A DNA stretch of 64,000 nucleotides from an uncultured Fibrobacterota bacterium (lineage in GTDB: Bacteria; Fibrobacterota; Chitinivibrionia; Chitinivibrionales; FEN-1185): assembly GCA_963729895.1 (NCBI GenBank), contig CAVSQB010000022.1, positions 1 through 64,000 on the forward strand, read 5' to 3'. Positions 25,588 to 35,583 of the stretch are shown in pieces; positions within the stretch are counted from its first letter, which is position 1, and the number at the start of each line of letters is the position of its first letter. Under the pieces are notes generated by a model. That model had not been told where the DNA came from and searched no databases. It saw only the letters and a list, made by a program, of their open reading frames with translations. The translations under genes were made by a program, and so were the position numbers.

Positions 25588-27210
25588 TTATTGCTTATTA
25601 CAAACAATCTTCACATCATCAACAAACAACTTTACCTCTTTATCTTTCTTCGTCCTGATTTCCACGTCAATTTCCTTTTCAGATCCCGGCAAAGGGGCGA
25701 GCTGCAGCGAAATGTCCGTCCATTTTTCAAATACATAGTCCGTATATTTCCCTGCTTTCGCGGGAGTAAAGTCCTCACCTTTGAAATACGTCCATCCGCC
25801 CGCGCCAACCGGTTTCACGCGAAAGCATACGCTGCCCTGTCCCCGCACCCACAGGCCAAGCGAGACCGGCGCGGCAGTGCCGCATACGGCGGGCTTTGAA
25901 AGCCTGCACCGGACCGCAGATGCGTTCCCCTTTGCCCTTCCGTAAACAGCCAGGCAATAGGACCCCGAGTGCGGCGCAACGGTGTCACGGACCACACGCA
26001 CCTGCTTTACACCCGAGACCCAACCATCCATGCCGTCCTCGAACCCGCCCAAGGCGCCGGCAGCGGCAGGCCGGTTGTGATCGATCGTGTCACCGTTTCC
26101 CGGCATATACGCGCACCGGCACAGGCGTGCGACAAGAGGCAAATGGTCTGAAAACCCTTCTCCTGCGTGATACGCCCCGAGCCGCGTGTGGCGCATCTGC
26201 CACCGGTACGGCGCGCCGTCTTTGAGCAATCTGCCGTTCCAGGTGAACGGAGAAAAGGAATTGGCGACATACGATATTCCGGCACCGTCGAACATCGAGG
26301 CGGGCAGAAGAATATGATCCGGCGTTTCCGGCCTTCCCTTGAACATCGTGGTGAACCGCCGCGGCTGCGGCACGTCAAGCCACGGGTCGTAGTGCGCAAG
26401 CGCGGTGTCGGCCGCAAGATCAAGTACCGTCTCGAACTCCACATACCGTTGCGGCTGGGTCTTTACCGTTTTCAGAACATGATTGACGCCGGTGACTCCT
26501 CTGGTGTCGTCGAAGCCGAGCGTGTGGAATGTCTCGCATTCGTCATAATCCTCGTTGAAGTCGCCCGCCACTACGTAGTCTGCGCCCCGGGGCAGCCCTG
26601 TCAGGCGTTCGGCCAGCAGTTTCGCATTTGCAAGCCGCGCGGATTCCTTGTGCGTCTTGGATGGCCAATGGCAGGCAAACACGGCAAGCGTATCGCGGCC
26701 AAGGTACACGCGGGCCTCGAGCATGTTTCTGTCATGCGGCGACGCATCGTTTGTCACCCCGAAAGTCGCCTCAGACAGGACCGGAAATTTGGAAAGCACC
26801 ACCGGCATGACGCTGCCTTTACCGGCCTTGCTGCCAAGCGCATAATACGGGAATGCGCAGTTCCTCTCCGCAAGCGCGGCGCACAGCCCCTGCAGCGCGT
26901 TCTCGTTTTCGATTTCCACAAGCACGGCGATGTCCGGGTTGATTGCTGCCAGCACGGATGCGATATTGTCAAGTTTGAGGTGATAGGTGTTGTTGGTCCA
27001 GTTGTGCTGGTTGGGTTTGTACTCGGGGTATTCGTCGCCGTCGTCGGCCATGTCGAAAAGGTTTTCAACGTTGTATGAGGCGATGGTGATGGTGTCGGGA
27101 ATTATGCCGCCATAGTGCTTCGGCATGCCGATGCGGTGGGGCTTTTGCTGGCAGGCAAAAAGGAGTAATGCAATGAAACAAAACACAAGGACGACTGGGT
27201 GATGTTTCAT
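25588..27210 (-). CDS. Endonuclease/exonuclease/phosphatase family lipoprotein with a C-terminal CBM-like domain
   Basis: LLFA-C lipobox; ASYNVENLFD, LVEIEN, HWPSK, AGDFN, DH, FSDHLP; C-terminal GGFEDG..HSGSYCL..FVDDVKI. Confidence 0.85.
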   Translation of the reverse strand: MKHHPVVLVFCFIALLLFACQQKPHRIGMPKHYGGIIPDTITIASYNVENLFDMADDGDEYPEYKPNQHNWTNNTYHLKLDNIASVLAAINPDIAVLVEIENENALQGLCAALAERNCAFPYYALGSKAGKGSVMPVVLSKFPVLSEATFGVTNDASPHDRNMLEARVYLGRDTLAVFACHWPSKTHKESARLANAKLLAERLTGLPRGADYVVAGDFNEDYDECETFHTLGFDDTRGVTGVNHVLKTVKTQPQRYVEFETVLDLAADTALAHYDPWLDVPQPRRFTTMFKGRPETPDHILLPASMFDGAGISYVANSFSPFTWNGRLLKDGAPYRWQMRHTRLGAYHAGEGFSDHLPLVARLCRCAYMPGNGDTIDHNRPAAAGALGGFEDGMDGWVSGVKQVRVVRDTVAPHSGSYCLAVYGRAKGNASAVRCRLSKPAVCGTAAPVSLGLWVRGQGSVCFRVKPVGAGGWTYFKGEDFTPAKAGKYTDYVFEKWTDISLQLAPLPGSEKEIDVEIRTKKDKEVKLFVDDVKIVCNKQ

Positions 27211-27424
27211 GATGAGAATATACAAAAATCGGATTGCAGGTATGAAGAAGTTGACAGGTTTGTTGAGGATTACCACCGCTGAAAACTTGATAAATTCATC
27301 GGTTGGTCAGAGTGACAAAGAGACAAAGTAACCGCTCAACCGGGCTTTTTTTCAACGTTCGCTTGTGGGTGCCGCCACAACACTCTATGGTCTTGCACCT
27401 GCTTTTTCAAGGCGGCCACCCAGG

Positions 27425-27482
27425 AGAGGGGAGTGCCGAGGACTGCGAAGCAGGCCGAGGCCGGGGGAGATACCTCTCCCCC
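27425..27482. repeat. REP-like palindromic cluster
   Basis: Short hairpins CTGC-gaa-GCAG and GGGGGAGA-tacc-TCTCCCCC downstream of the ACP gene. Confidence 0.45.
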
Positions 27483-27498
27483 GACAATAATTGAATTA

Positions 27499-27798
27499 TC
27501 AGCTATTCCCCTTCGCCTTTTCCTTCGCGATAAATTCCGCGATGGTGTCCACCGACTTGATGATGAACCGGCCGATGTTCTGGTCGTCGATGTGCACGCC
27601 ATAGGTGCGCTGCAGGGCCATCACGATTTCGAGCGCGTCCACGCTGTCGAGCTGGACCACGGGATTGTTTTCGAACAGGGAAACGCCGTCGTCGATGTCC
27701 TCGGGCTTGACATCGGATATTTTGAGCGCGTCAAGAATCAGCTTCTTGATCTCCATCTTGAGCTCCGGAGACGGAACCGGCGTCGTTGTGTCTGGCAT
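27499..27798 (-). CDS. Acyl carrier protein
   Basis: 99 aa, acidic, LDSVDALEIV phosphopantetheine motif. Confidence 0.9.
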   Translation of the reverse strand: MPDTTTPVPSPELKMEIKKLILDALKISDVKPEDIDDGVSLFENNPVVQLDSVDALEIVMALQRTYGVHIDDQNIGRFIIKSVDTIAEFIAKEKAKGNS

Positions 27799-27845
27799 CG
27801 TACTTCGATCTGTTAAGGTGGTTCGCCGTCTGCGGGGCGATTGTT

Positions 27846-28862
27846 CTATTTCACCATGGCAAGCAGCGTTTTGAAAAAAGATTCCTCTTCATCCGCCCGG
27901 GCCCGGATCATCTGCCTGATTTCCTGCATTCTGTTGTCGCCAAGGTCCCGGTCCTTGCCGATGCGGGCCACAAACAGCGATAGCTCGCGCCACCGGTCGC
28001 CGATCGCCATGATTCTTTTCGACATGTCGGCAAGGTCCGGCCTCACCAGCAGCTTGGCCGCCTCCTGCAGGAATGACGCATACATAAACCGGAACCCGCC
28101 GCCGCCCGTGCCGCGTTCTTCGAGCGTAATATGGATCGACATGATGGCATGAGACAGTGCGTCCGTGTTCCGGGCGATTTTCGGCCACGTGGGGACGTTG
28201 TCGGCAAAGCGGCGCATGCCTTTCACGCCGATAAACGGCACCGGCAGTTTCACCATGTTGGCGGCGGCCTGCTTGATTCCGCGGACAACGGCATTCTTGA
28301 GCGCTTCTTCGCCGATGCCGCCTTTGGGTAACGAGGCGATGTGAAACTGGAACCCCTTTGGCGCAAAATCGCTTCGTGCGAAACGCGCCTTGTCAAGCGA
28401 ATCCTGCGCGAGGTTGGAAATAGACGGATAGTAACAGTCGCTCACGAGGAAGGTCCCGTTTTCCTTGCCGATCACCACGATGAAATGCGCGTTGAAATGC
28501 ACCCGCATGTACGACGGAATGTAATCCATGTAGAACATGTCAACCTGGACCGTGGTGGGAATACCCTTGTCAAGGAGCGCTTCCAGCGAGGCGCGGGCCG
28601 CGTCCGGATCGCGGAATTTTTGGGTGGAAAACGCGATCCCGAGCCGTTTTCCGAGGTTTTTTCGCATGTCGCCCGGCCTGCTCCTCATATCAAACACGGG
28701 GAACACCATGTGCGGGGTCTTGATGAACACGAAAAATATGGCCCCGCTCAGGCCGAACACCATGGGTTCGCTCATGACAAGGCCGTTGTGGGCCAGGAGC
28801 GCGGACAGCATGCCGGACTCGCAATGCGCGGCCATTTTATGCTGAAACTCTATCCGGCTCAT
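27846..28862 (-). CDS. BtrH N-terminal/DUF4872-type papain-fold protein (acyltransferase or peptidase)
   Basis: HCESG (Cys), SEPMVFGL, VDMFYMDY, HFNAHFIVVIG (His), EERGTGGGGFR. Confidence 0.85.
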   Translation of the reverse strand: MSRIEFQHKMAAHCESGMLSALLAHNGLVMSEPMVFGLSGAIFFVFIKTPHMVFPVFDMRSRPGDMRKNLGKRLGIAFSTQKFRDPDAARASLEALLDKGIPTTVQVDMFYMDYIPSYMRVHFNAHFIVVIGKENGTFLVSDCYYPSISNLAQDSLDKARFARSDFAPKGFQFHIASLPKGGIGEEALKNAVVRGIKQAAANMVKLPVPFIGVKGMRRFADNVPTWPKIARNTDALSHAIMSIHITLEERGTGGGGFRFMYASFLQEAAKLLVRPDLADMSKRIMAIGDRWRELSLFVARIGKDRDLGDNRMQEIRQMIRARADEEESFFKTLLAMVK

Positions 28863-29326
28863 TCGCTCCTCCTGCCGATCTCCAGGACGGACAAGTACGG
28901 GTTCGCGGTTTTCCTGCTCGCAAGGCTCATGTCCTTTTCTTTCGGAACAACGAGCTGAAACATGGTTGCAACCGAAACCCCGAACACATCGGCGTAGCGT
29001 TTCACCTCGTCCACCGACGCCCTGGCAAACCCGGAAGGCGTCTGGTGTTTTATCACCTTGGCTTTTGAAATGCCGACCCGTGCCGCTATGTCGGCCGGCG
29101 TCATATTGTACAAAAGCATATAATAGACCACAGGGCTTATCTCGCCCTTTCTGAGCTTGTCCGTGCATTCGGTCTCAATGTTCCTGCGCTTTTCAAAAAA
29201 ATCGTCGGAGTAATTCTTCACGAGAAATGCGCCGGTCTGAAGCGGACCAAACGACCCGTCGCTCTTTTCCACATACAGAAGGAGCTGGTGCTGGTCGAAA
29301 TCGACCCGGGCGTCTTCTTCCTTCAC
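28859..29326 (-). CDS. Hypothetical protein with an HTH-like segment
   Basis: GGAGG RBS then GTG; MTPADIAARVGISKAKVIKH resembles an HTH; overlaps the BtrH start. Confidence 0.75.
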   Translation of the reverse strand: MKEEDARVDFDQHQLLLYVEKSDGSFGPLQTGAFLVKNYSDDFFEKRRNIETECTDKLRKGEISPVVYYMLLYNMTPADIAARVGISKAKVIKHQTPSGFARASVDEVKRYADVFGVSVATMFQLVVPKEKDMSLASRKTANPYLSVLEIGRRSE

Positions 29327-29473
29327 GGAACACCTCCGATCCTTGGATCAGCCATATCGGCAGAGAACAGTGTTTCACCTTGGAAAAATGAAAGTAGAAA
29401 ATATATTTGCCGTTGGAATTCGGAGGGAAATTTCTTGTTTCCGGACGCTTTCCGGATGTGCCGAACCCGACAT

Positions 29474-29694
29474 GTCATTGCGAACGAAGCGAAGTAATCT
29501 CCCATTATCATTCTGTCGCCGGAACAAATTATAGTACCTGGTTGAGCCGATAAACATGAACCAATGCAAATGCTTCCGGATGGCTGAGCCGGGTGACCCC
29601 ATGGAGAGTTGATTTGCGAGAATCATAGGAAAACCTCACCCCGCCCTCTCCACTCCTTCGGGTGCTTCCAAGGGTCGCCGAGGGGCGAGGGAGA
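29474..29694. repeat. Cluster of REP-like miniature repeats
   Basis: GTCATTGCGAACGAAGCGAAGTAATCT (29474-29500) and CCTCACCCCGCCCTCTCC..GGGAGA (29634-29694), the latter containing an exact 23-bp inverted match to 25490-25512. Confidence 0.6.
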
Positions 29695-30125
29695 AAATAT
29701 TGAACGAAGATTTTATAGGCACCCATGAAATGTCGCTGTACGGTTAGGACTGAGAACGTGCTACAGTTGCTTCGACAAACGGTATCGATGGATTACCCAG
29801 CATCAGTCGTGTCCGGGAAAAATCACGGTAAGGTACCTGTCAACTTTTTTGTCTCATGCGCCCCTCGAACGGCTTTCCGCCCTTCCTGTTGGGCGGGCCG
29901 AATCCCGAAGGGGATTTTTAGGGTGGCTCTGATTAACCGGACACGAGTAACAACGAGGGTCCAAAATTGTTCATGAAGCATCTTCCCTTGAATCAATGTT
30001 GTTGCAAGTTGAAACGTTTGACTTGCCGAAGGTAATTGCAAGGCGATTTAATGGCGCGAACAGATTGGTGTAACTCTCTGCTCATCAATCAGATAGATTA
30101 ATTCGTGGCCCTTCACATCTAGATA

Positions 30126-30140
30126 TGGCATCCGCCTTGC
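30126..30140 (+). promoter_or_regulatory. sigma54 (-24/-12) promoter upstream of clpB-rtcB
   Basis: TGGCATCCGCCTTGC, with the canonical GG-N10-GC spacing, 77 bp before the clpB ATG. Confidence 0.55.
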
Positions 30141-30217
30141 GGTTATGTCTGGCAAACCAGTTAGTGTTCAATGATCCACTTTATTTATTTTAAGGTTGCC
30201 ATAGAAAAGGAAATTTC

Positions 30218-32806
30218 ATGAATGCCGAAAAACTGACCAGCAAGTCCCAGGAAGCCGTAAACGGCGCCAATAAGATCGCCGTGGAAATGAACCACCAGGA
30301 GCTGGCCCCGCTTCATCTTATGCTCGCGCTCGTGATGCAGCACAACGGTCTTGTGCAGACCATTCTTGACAAACTGGGAGCCCCCGTCAAAGATACGGCG
30401 GAGGCCATAATCGAAAAGCTCAAAAAGCTTCCTGCGGTCACCGGGAACGGGGCAACCCAAACGTACATGTCCCGCGCTCTTACTCTTGTCTTTTCAGAGG
30501 CGGAAAAGATCGCGGCCCGTATGAAAGACGATTATGTGAGCGTCGAGCATCTCCTGCTGGCCCTTCTTGACAAAGACGATGATTGCCGGGAGATCGGCAA
30601 CGCGTTCGGCATCACGCACGCGAAGCTCATGGATACGCTCAAGACGGTGCGCGGCAATCAGCGCGTGACCTCGCCCGAGCCGGAGGCCACCTTCAACGCG
30701 CTCGAAAAATATTCCCGCAACCTCACCGACATGGCCCAGAAAGGAAAGCTCGATCCGGTGATCGGCCGGGACGAGGAAATCAGGCGTGTGATCCAGATCC
30801 TTTCGCGCCGCACCAAGAACAATCCGGTGCTCATCGGCGATCCGGGTGTCGGAAAAACCGCGATCGTGGAAGGGCTTGCGCTCCGCATCGTGCGGGGAGA
30901 TGTGCCCGAGGGCCTCAAGAACCGGTCGCTGGTGTCTCTCGACATGGGATCGCTCATCGCAGGCGCAAAGTTCCGAGGCGAATTTGAGGAACGGCTCAAG
31001 GCGGTGCTCAAGGAAGTAACCGAAGCGCAGGGAAAAATCATTCTCTTTATCGACGAGCTTCACACCGTGGTCGGCGCGGGCGCGGCCGAAGGCGCGATGG
31101 ACGCCGGCAACCTGCTCAAGCCCATGCTCGCGCGCGGCGAACTGCATTGCATCGGCGCCACAACACTTGACGAATATAGAAAACACATCGAAAAAGACAA
31201 GGCGCTGGAGCGCCGGTTCCAGACCGTGATTGTCGACCAGCCCGGCGTGGAAGACACCATTTCCATCCTGCGGGGACTGCGCGAACGGTACGAAGTTCAT
31301 CATGGCGTCAAGATCCGCGATGCCGCGCTTGTTGCCGCCGCGGTATTGTCCGACCGTTATATTTCAGACCGTTTCCTGCCCGACAAGGCCATCGATCTCG
31401 TCGATGAGGCGGCAGCCGGCCTTCGCACCGAAATGGACAGCAGTCCGCGTGAGCTCGACGAGGCCGCGCGGCGTCAGATGCAACTCGAGATCGAGATCAC
31501 CGGACTCAAGAAGGAAAAGGACCCGTCGTCCCGGGAGCGTCTTGACAAATTGAACAAGGAGCTTGCCGAAATACGGGAAAAGACCTCCAAGCTCAGGCTG
31601 CGCTGGGACTCGGAAAAATCCCGGATTGCGTCGCTGCAGCAGTTGCGGCAGAAGCTCGAGCAGGCAAAATACGAACTCGAAAAAGCCCAGCGCAGCTACG
31701 ATCTCAACACGGCCGCTCAGATCCGGCATGGCACCATTCCCCAGCTCGAGCGGCAGCTTGCCGACGCCGAAAAAGCGCTCAAGACGGGCGACGGCAACCG
31801 GCTGCTCAAGGAGGAGGTTGACGAAGAAGACATCGCCGCCATCGTGGCGCGTTGGACCCATATCCCGGTGAACAAGCTCGTTGAGGGGGAAAAGGGAAAG
31901 GTCCTGCTGCTTGCCCAACACCTGCACGAGCGGGTGATCGGCCAGAACGAGGCGGTCGATGCGGTTGCGGACGCCGTGCTGCGCGGACGCGCGGGCCTCA
32001 AGGATCCGCAGCGGCCCATCGGAAGTTTTATATTCCTCGGCCCCACCGGCGTAGGAAAGACCGAGCTTGCGCGCAGCCTTGCCTTCAATCTGTTCGACGA
32101 CGAACACGCCATGATCCGCATCGACATGTCGGAATACATGGAAAAGCACACCGTATCGAGGCTCATCGGCGCGCCACCCGGCTATGTCGGCTATGAGGAA
32201 GGCGGCCAGCTTACCGAGGCAGTCAGGCGCAAGCCCTACAGCGTCATCCTCTTTGACGAAATCGAGAAGGCGCATCCAGACGTGTTCAATGTGCTTCTGC
32301 AAATCCTGGATGACGGACGCGTCACGGATTCGCATGGTCATGTTGTCAATTTCAAAAACACGATCATCATCATGACCTCCAACATCGGTTCCCCTCACAT
32401 CGTGGAGGCGAACAACCGGGACCACGAGGCCATCAAGAAAACCGTGCTGGGCGAGCTCAAAAATCATTTCAAGCCGGAATTCCTCAACCGCGTTGACGAG
32501 ATCGTCGTTTTTCACGCGCTTTTGCAGGACGATATTCTCAAAATCGTCGATATCCAACTCAAACGGTTTGCGGAACTGCTTGAGAACCGTTCCATTTCGA
32601 TCTCTGTTGACAAGCACGCCAAGCTGGCGCTCGCACGGACCGGGTTCGATCCGGTATACGGCGCCAGACCGCTCAAACGGGCCATTCAACGCGAGCTCGA
32701 AACGCCGATATCCAGGCTGCTGGTGTCAGGAGAGTTGACCGACGGGAATACGATCAGGGTGTCTGCGGAGAACGATCGGCTTGAATTCACAATCAAGAGC
32801 GCCTAG
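30218..32806 (+). CDS. clpB: ATP-dependent disaggregase ClpB
   Basis: 862 aa; [23 protein letters not shown], coiled-coil M domain, [15 protein letters not shown]. Confidence 0.97.
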   Translation: MNAEKLTSKSQEAVNGANKIAVEMNHQELAPLHLMLALVMQHNGLVQTILDKLGAPVKDTAEAIIEKLKKLPAVTGNGATQTYMSRALTLVFSEAEKIAARMKDDYVSVEHLLLALLDKDDDCREIGNAFGITHAKLMDTLKTVRGNQRVTSPEPEATFNALEKYSRNLTDMAQKGKLDPVIGRDEEIRRVIQILSRRTKNNPVLIGDPGVGKTAIVEGLALRIVRGDVPEGLKNRSLVSLDMGSLIAGAKFRGEFEERLKAVLKEVTEAQGKIILFIDELHTVVGAGAAEGAMDAGNLLKPMLARGELHCIGATTLDEYRKHIEKDKALERRFQTVIVDQPGVEDTISILRGLRERYEVHHGVKIRDAALVAAAVLSDRYISDRFLPDKAIDLVDEAAAGLRTEMDSSPRELDEAARRQMQLEIEITGLKKEKDPSSRERLDKLNKELAEIREKTSKLRLRWDSEKSRIASLQQLRQKLEQAKYELEKAQRSYDLNTAAQIRHGTIPQLERQLADAEKALKTGDGNRLLKEEVDEEDIAAIVARWTHIPVNKLVEGEKGKVLLLAQHLHERVIGQNEAVDAVADAVLRGRAGLKDPQRPIGSFIFLGPTGVGKTELARSLAFNLFDDEHAMIRIDMSEYMEKHTVSRLIGAPPGYVGYEEGGQLTEAVRRKPYSVILFDEIEKAHPDVFNVLLQILDDGRVTDSHGHVVNFKNTIIIMTSNIGSPHIVEANNRDHEAIKKTVLGELKNHFKPEFLNRVDEIVVFHALLQDDILKIVDIQLKRFAELLENRSISISVDKHAKLALARTGFDPVYGARPLKRAIQRELETPISRLLVSGELTDGNTIRVSAENDRLEFTIKSA

Positions 32807-32815
32807 GTCGCCGTT

Positions 32816-33982
32816 ATGATGACCGTGATTTCCGGCAACCGGGTTCCCATCAAGTCGTGGTGCTCCGCGGTCGAACCCGGCGCGCTGGAGCAGGCCGTGC
32901 ATTTGACCTGGCTCCCGTTTGTCTACGGCCATGTGGCGCTTATGGCCGACTGCCACGAAGGGTTCGGCATGCCGATAGGCGGGGTGATCGCCTGCAAAGA
33001 CACCATGGTGCCCAATGCGGTGGGCGTGGACATCGGCTGCGGCATGTGCGCGGTGAAAACCGACATCCCTGCTTCGTCGATCGATTCCGACACGGTCCGC
33101 ACCATGCTCAACCGCATGCGCGCAATTATTCCCCTGGGGTTCGATCACCATGCAAAAACCCAGAACTGGAAGGGTTTCGACGCCGCGCCGGATCTGCCGG
33201 TGATCGTCCGGGAGCTCGGCTCTGCGAGAAAGCAGATCGGCACGCTCGGCGGCGGCAATCATTTCATCGAGATTCAGACGGGCGATGACGGCTGGGTGTG
33301 GCTCATGGTGCACAGCGGAAGCCGCAACTTTGGGTACAAAATCGCCCGGGAGTTTCACGCGAAAGCGCTCACCTACTGCCGGCAGCGTAATTTTGAATTG
33401 CCGGACAACGACCTCGCGTTCCTGCCCATGGACGCGCAAATCGCCCGGGACTACAAGTCGGCCATGGACTTCGCCCTTTCTTTTGCCGCGGAGAACCGCA
33501 GGCAAATCAAGGAGACGTGCGGCCGGATCATTCAATCCGAGACCGGGTGTTCCCTTTTGCATGAGATTAACATTCACCATAATTTTGCGGCTCAGGAAAT
33601 GCATTACGGCAGGACCCTTGTGGTGCACCGTAAAGGGGCGACTCGCGCAAACAAAGGAATGGAAGGAATCATCCCCGGCAGCATGGGAACGTCGTCATAC
33701 ATTGTTCGCGGGCTGGGCAATCCGGAGAGTTTCGAATCGTGCTCCCACGGGGCTGGAAGGGTGATGGGAAGAAACGAGGCGAACCGCAGGCTCACCTACG
33801 AGCAGGTAAGGCAATCAATGAAAGGAATCGTGTTTGACTCGTGGCCGCGCGGCAGGAAAGGGAAAATCGATCTCAGCGAGGCACCCCAGGCCTATAAGGA
33901 CATCGATGCGGTAATCGAAGCGCAGAAAGACCTTGTCGAAGTGGTGGTGAAGCTGCGGCCGCTGGGAGTGGTGAAGGGTTGA
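32816..33982 (+). CDS. rtcB: RNA-splicing/repair ligase RtcB
   Basis: MADCHEGFGMPIGG, VGVDIGCG, GTLGGGNHFIE, HSGSRN, HRKGA, PGSMG, SHGAGR, EAPQAYK. Confidence 0.95.
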   Translation: MMTVISGNRVPIKSWCSAVEPGALEQAVHLTWLPFVYGHVALMADCHEGFGMPIGGVIACKDTMVPNAVGVDIGCGMCAVKTDIPASSIDSDTVRTMLNRMRAIIPLGFDHHAKTQNWKGFDAAPDLPVIVRELGSARKQIGTLGGGNHFIEIQTGDDGWVWLMVHSGSRNFGYKIAREFHAKALTYCRQRNFELPDNDLAFLPMDAQIARDYKSAMDFALSFAAENRRQIKETCGRIIQSETGCSLLHEINIHHNFAAQEMHYGRTLVVHRKGATRANKGMEGIIPGSMGTSSYIVRGLGNPESFESCSHGAGRVMGRNEANRRLTYEQVRQSMKGIVFDSWPRGRKGKIDLSEAPQAYKDIDAVIEAQKDLVEVVVKLRPLGVVKG

Positions 33983-33989
33983 GAAGAGC

Positions 33990-34080
33990 CCCCTAAATCC
34001 CCCGAAGGGGGACTTATCGGAAGAATCGCCCAAATAATGAATTGCACTCTTTGTAAGTCCCCCTTCGGGGGATTTAGGGG
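33990..34080. repeat. Perfect 27-bp inverted repeat pair (REP/MITE-like)
   Basis: CCCCTAAATCCCCCGAAGGGGGACTTA (33990-34016) and its exact reverse complement (34054-34080), between convergent genes. Confidence 0.85.
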
Positions 34081-34094
34081 CTGCTGTCTGCAGT

Positions 34095-34640
34095 TCAGAA
34101 CCTCGCCTCGGTAATCACTTCGCCGTTCTCGCCCAGAAACCGAAGATAATAGGTTGCAAAATACGGATCGCCCTGTGCCGCGACGCAGATAAACGCGGTA
34201 TACGATTTTCCGGATTCAAGCGGATTTCCCGCCAGGGGATTTGAGGCAAAATCGCCTCTGAGCGCCTGTCCCTGCCCGAGCGCTTGTGCCGCGGCCCCGG
34301 GGCTCATGATGGTCCTGGCGGGGTTTCCCGACCCGTCAAGCACCAGCAGGTGCGCGCTGTCGGTGCGCAAGGGCCGCGCGCCGTTGTTTTCAATCTTCAC
34401 CGCAAACACGCCGATGTTCCGTTTGACCGAGGCCTTGTACGCCGGGGTGTTTCCGGTTTCGTACAGGGGCTGTTTGGAGGCCGACACGGTGATGCCCGCA
34501 TCGGGCTTGCTCTGCCAGCATTTTTTGTATTCCAAATCGCTCAACGTGATAAGCCGGTAACTTCCGGCGCAGCCCACCATGATGGGCAACGCGGCAAGCA
34601 CAAGGCTCCCGCGAACAAAAAACGCGTTACAGCGTTTCAT
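34095..34640 (-). CDS. Hypothetical lipoprotein
   Basis: Signal peptide ending MVG-C; overlaps the cutA end. Confidence 0.7.
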   Translation of the reverse strand: MKRCNAFFVRGSLVLAALPIMVGCAGSYRLITLSDLEYKKCWQSKPDAGITVSASKQPLYETGNTPAYKASVKRNIGVFAVKIENNGARPLRTDSAHLLVLDGSGNPARTIMSPGAAAQALGQGQALRGDFASNPLAGNPLESGKSYTAFICVAAQGDPYFATYYLRFLGENGEVITEARF

Positions 34641-34941
34641 GTGAAATCCATTTTAAGAATGCCGGATTGCCTTTGATAATGGGGAAAGCCACGATGCAGG
34701 GGCATTCGTAGCTGTGAAGCTCCCGGGCGCGCGCGACGGCCTTGGCCGCCAGCGACTCCTTTGTCTTGACGGTCAGCAGCGCTTCGGAACCCTGTTCGAG
34801 TTTCCCCTTCCACCGGTAGACGGATTCTATTTTATCAATTATGTTTGCGCACGCGGCGAGACGTTCCTTGACGAGCGCGGTCCCGATTTTCTTCGCTTCA
34901 CCGGCGTCCCGCGCGGTGATATACAGCATAACGGTCTTCAT
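34627..34941 (-). CDS. cutA: Divalent cation tolerance protein CutA
   Basis: LVKERLAACAN, SVYRWKG, LHSYECP. Confidence 0.93.
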   Translation of the reverse strand: MKTVMLYITARDAGEAKKIGTALVKERLAACANIIDKIESVYRWKGKLEQGSEALLTVKTKESLAAKAVARARELHSYECPCIVAFPIIKGNPAFLKWISHETL

Positions 34942-35034
34942 TCGGCGTTCCTTGGTATGGAAAAACTATATCGTGCGGGAGGCGGCGGCGATACGGGCTG
35001 GCCCCGGCTCGCCGGAAAAACACCCCTGTCGCGC

Positions 35035-35403
35035 TTACCGGAGTTTTTCCTGCTGCTCCGAAATTATTTTTGCCAGGGCGCGCAGGGGCACGGGTTTCTC
35101 GAAAAACGTGGCGTCGAGTTTCTGCAGTTTCTCTTCGGCGATTTCCGAAACATAGCCGGAAATCATGACCTTCTTCACCCGCGGGGGAGCCGACTCCATG
35201 AGCTGGAGGCCGTTAAAGCGGGGCATCTTATAATCGGTTATGAGAACGTCAACGGGGTTGCGCGCAATAAAGTCCTTTGCGACGACGGAGTCGTTGAACG
35301 TATGTATCCGAACTTCCTGAGCAATGCACAAGATGAAGGTCTTCAGGAGTTCGGTAATCTGTTCCTCGTCGTCGACCACGACGACTTCGAGCTTGCGGTT
35401 CAT
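35035..35403 (-). CDS. Single-domain response regulator
   Basis: VVVDDE, LITDYKMP, MISG, EKP. Confidence 0.88.
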   Translation of the reverse strand: MNRKLEVVVVDDEEQITELLKTFILCIAQEVRIHTFNDSVVAKDFIARNPVDVLITDYKMPRFNGLQLMESAPPRVKKVMISGYVSEIAEEKLQKLDATFFEKPVPLRALAKIISEQQEKLR

Positions 35404-35583
35404 GTCCGCTGTCCTCTTTATGAAATATCCCGATAATGCTCTATTCTATCACTTATTCGACGGCAATGCAATGGTTTTCATCCGCGGCTTCCCCCCCGGC
35501 CTGCCGCCATACTACTACGTTGGAGGACAACCTTTTATGATGCAACTACCCGCCGGCTGCTTCCCGTTGCACAAGTTTTTGCC

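Noticed and set aside
29330..30200. Short ORFs in the long gap before clpB
   Set aside because: No RBS or motif support; they overlap REP-like repeats and promoter sequence
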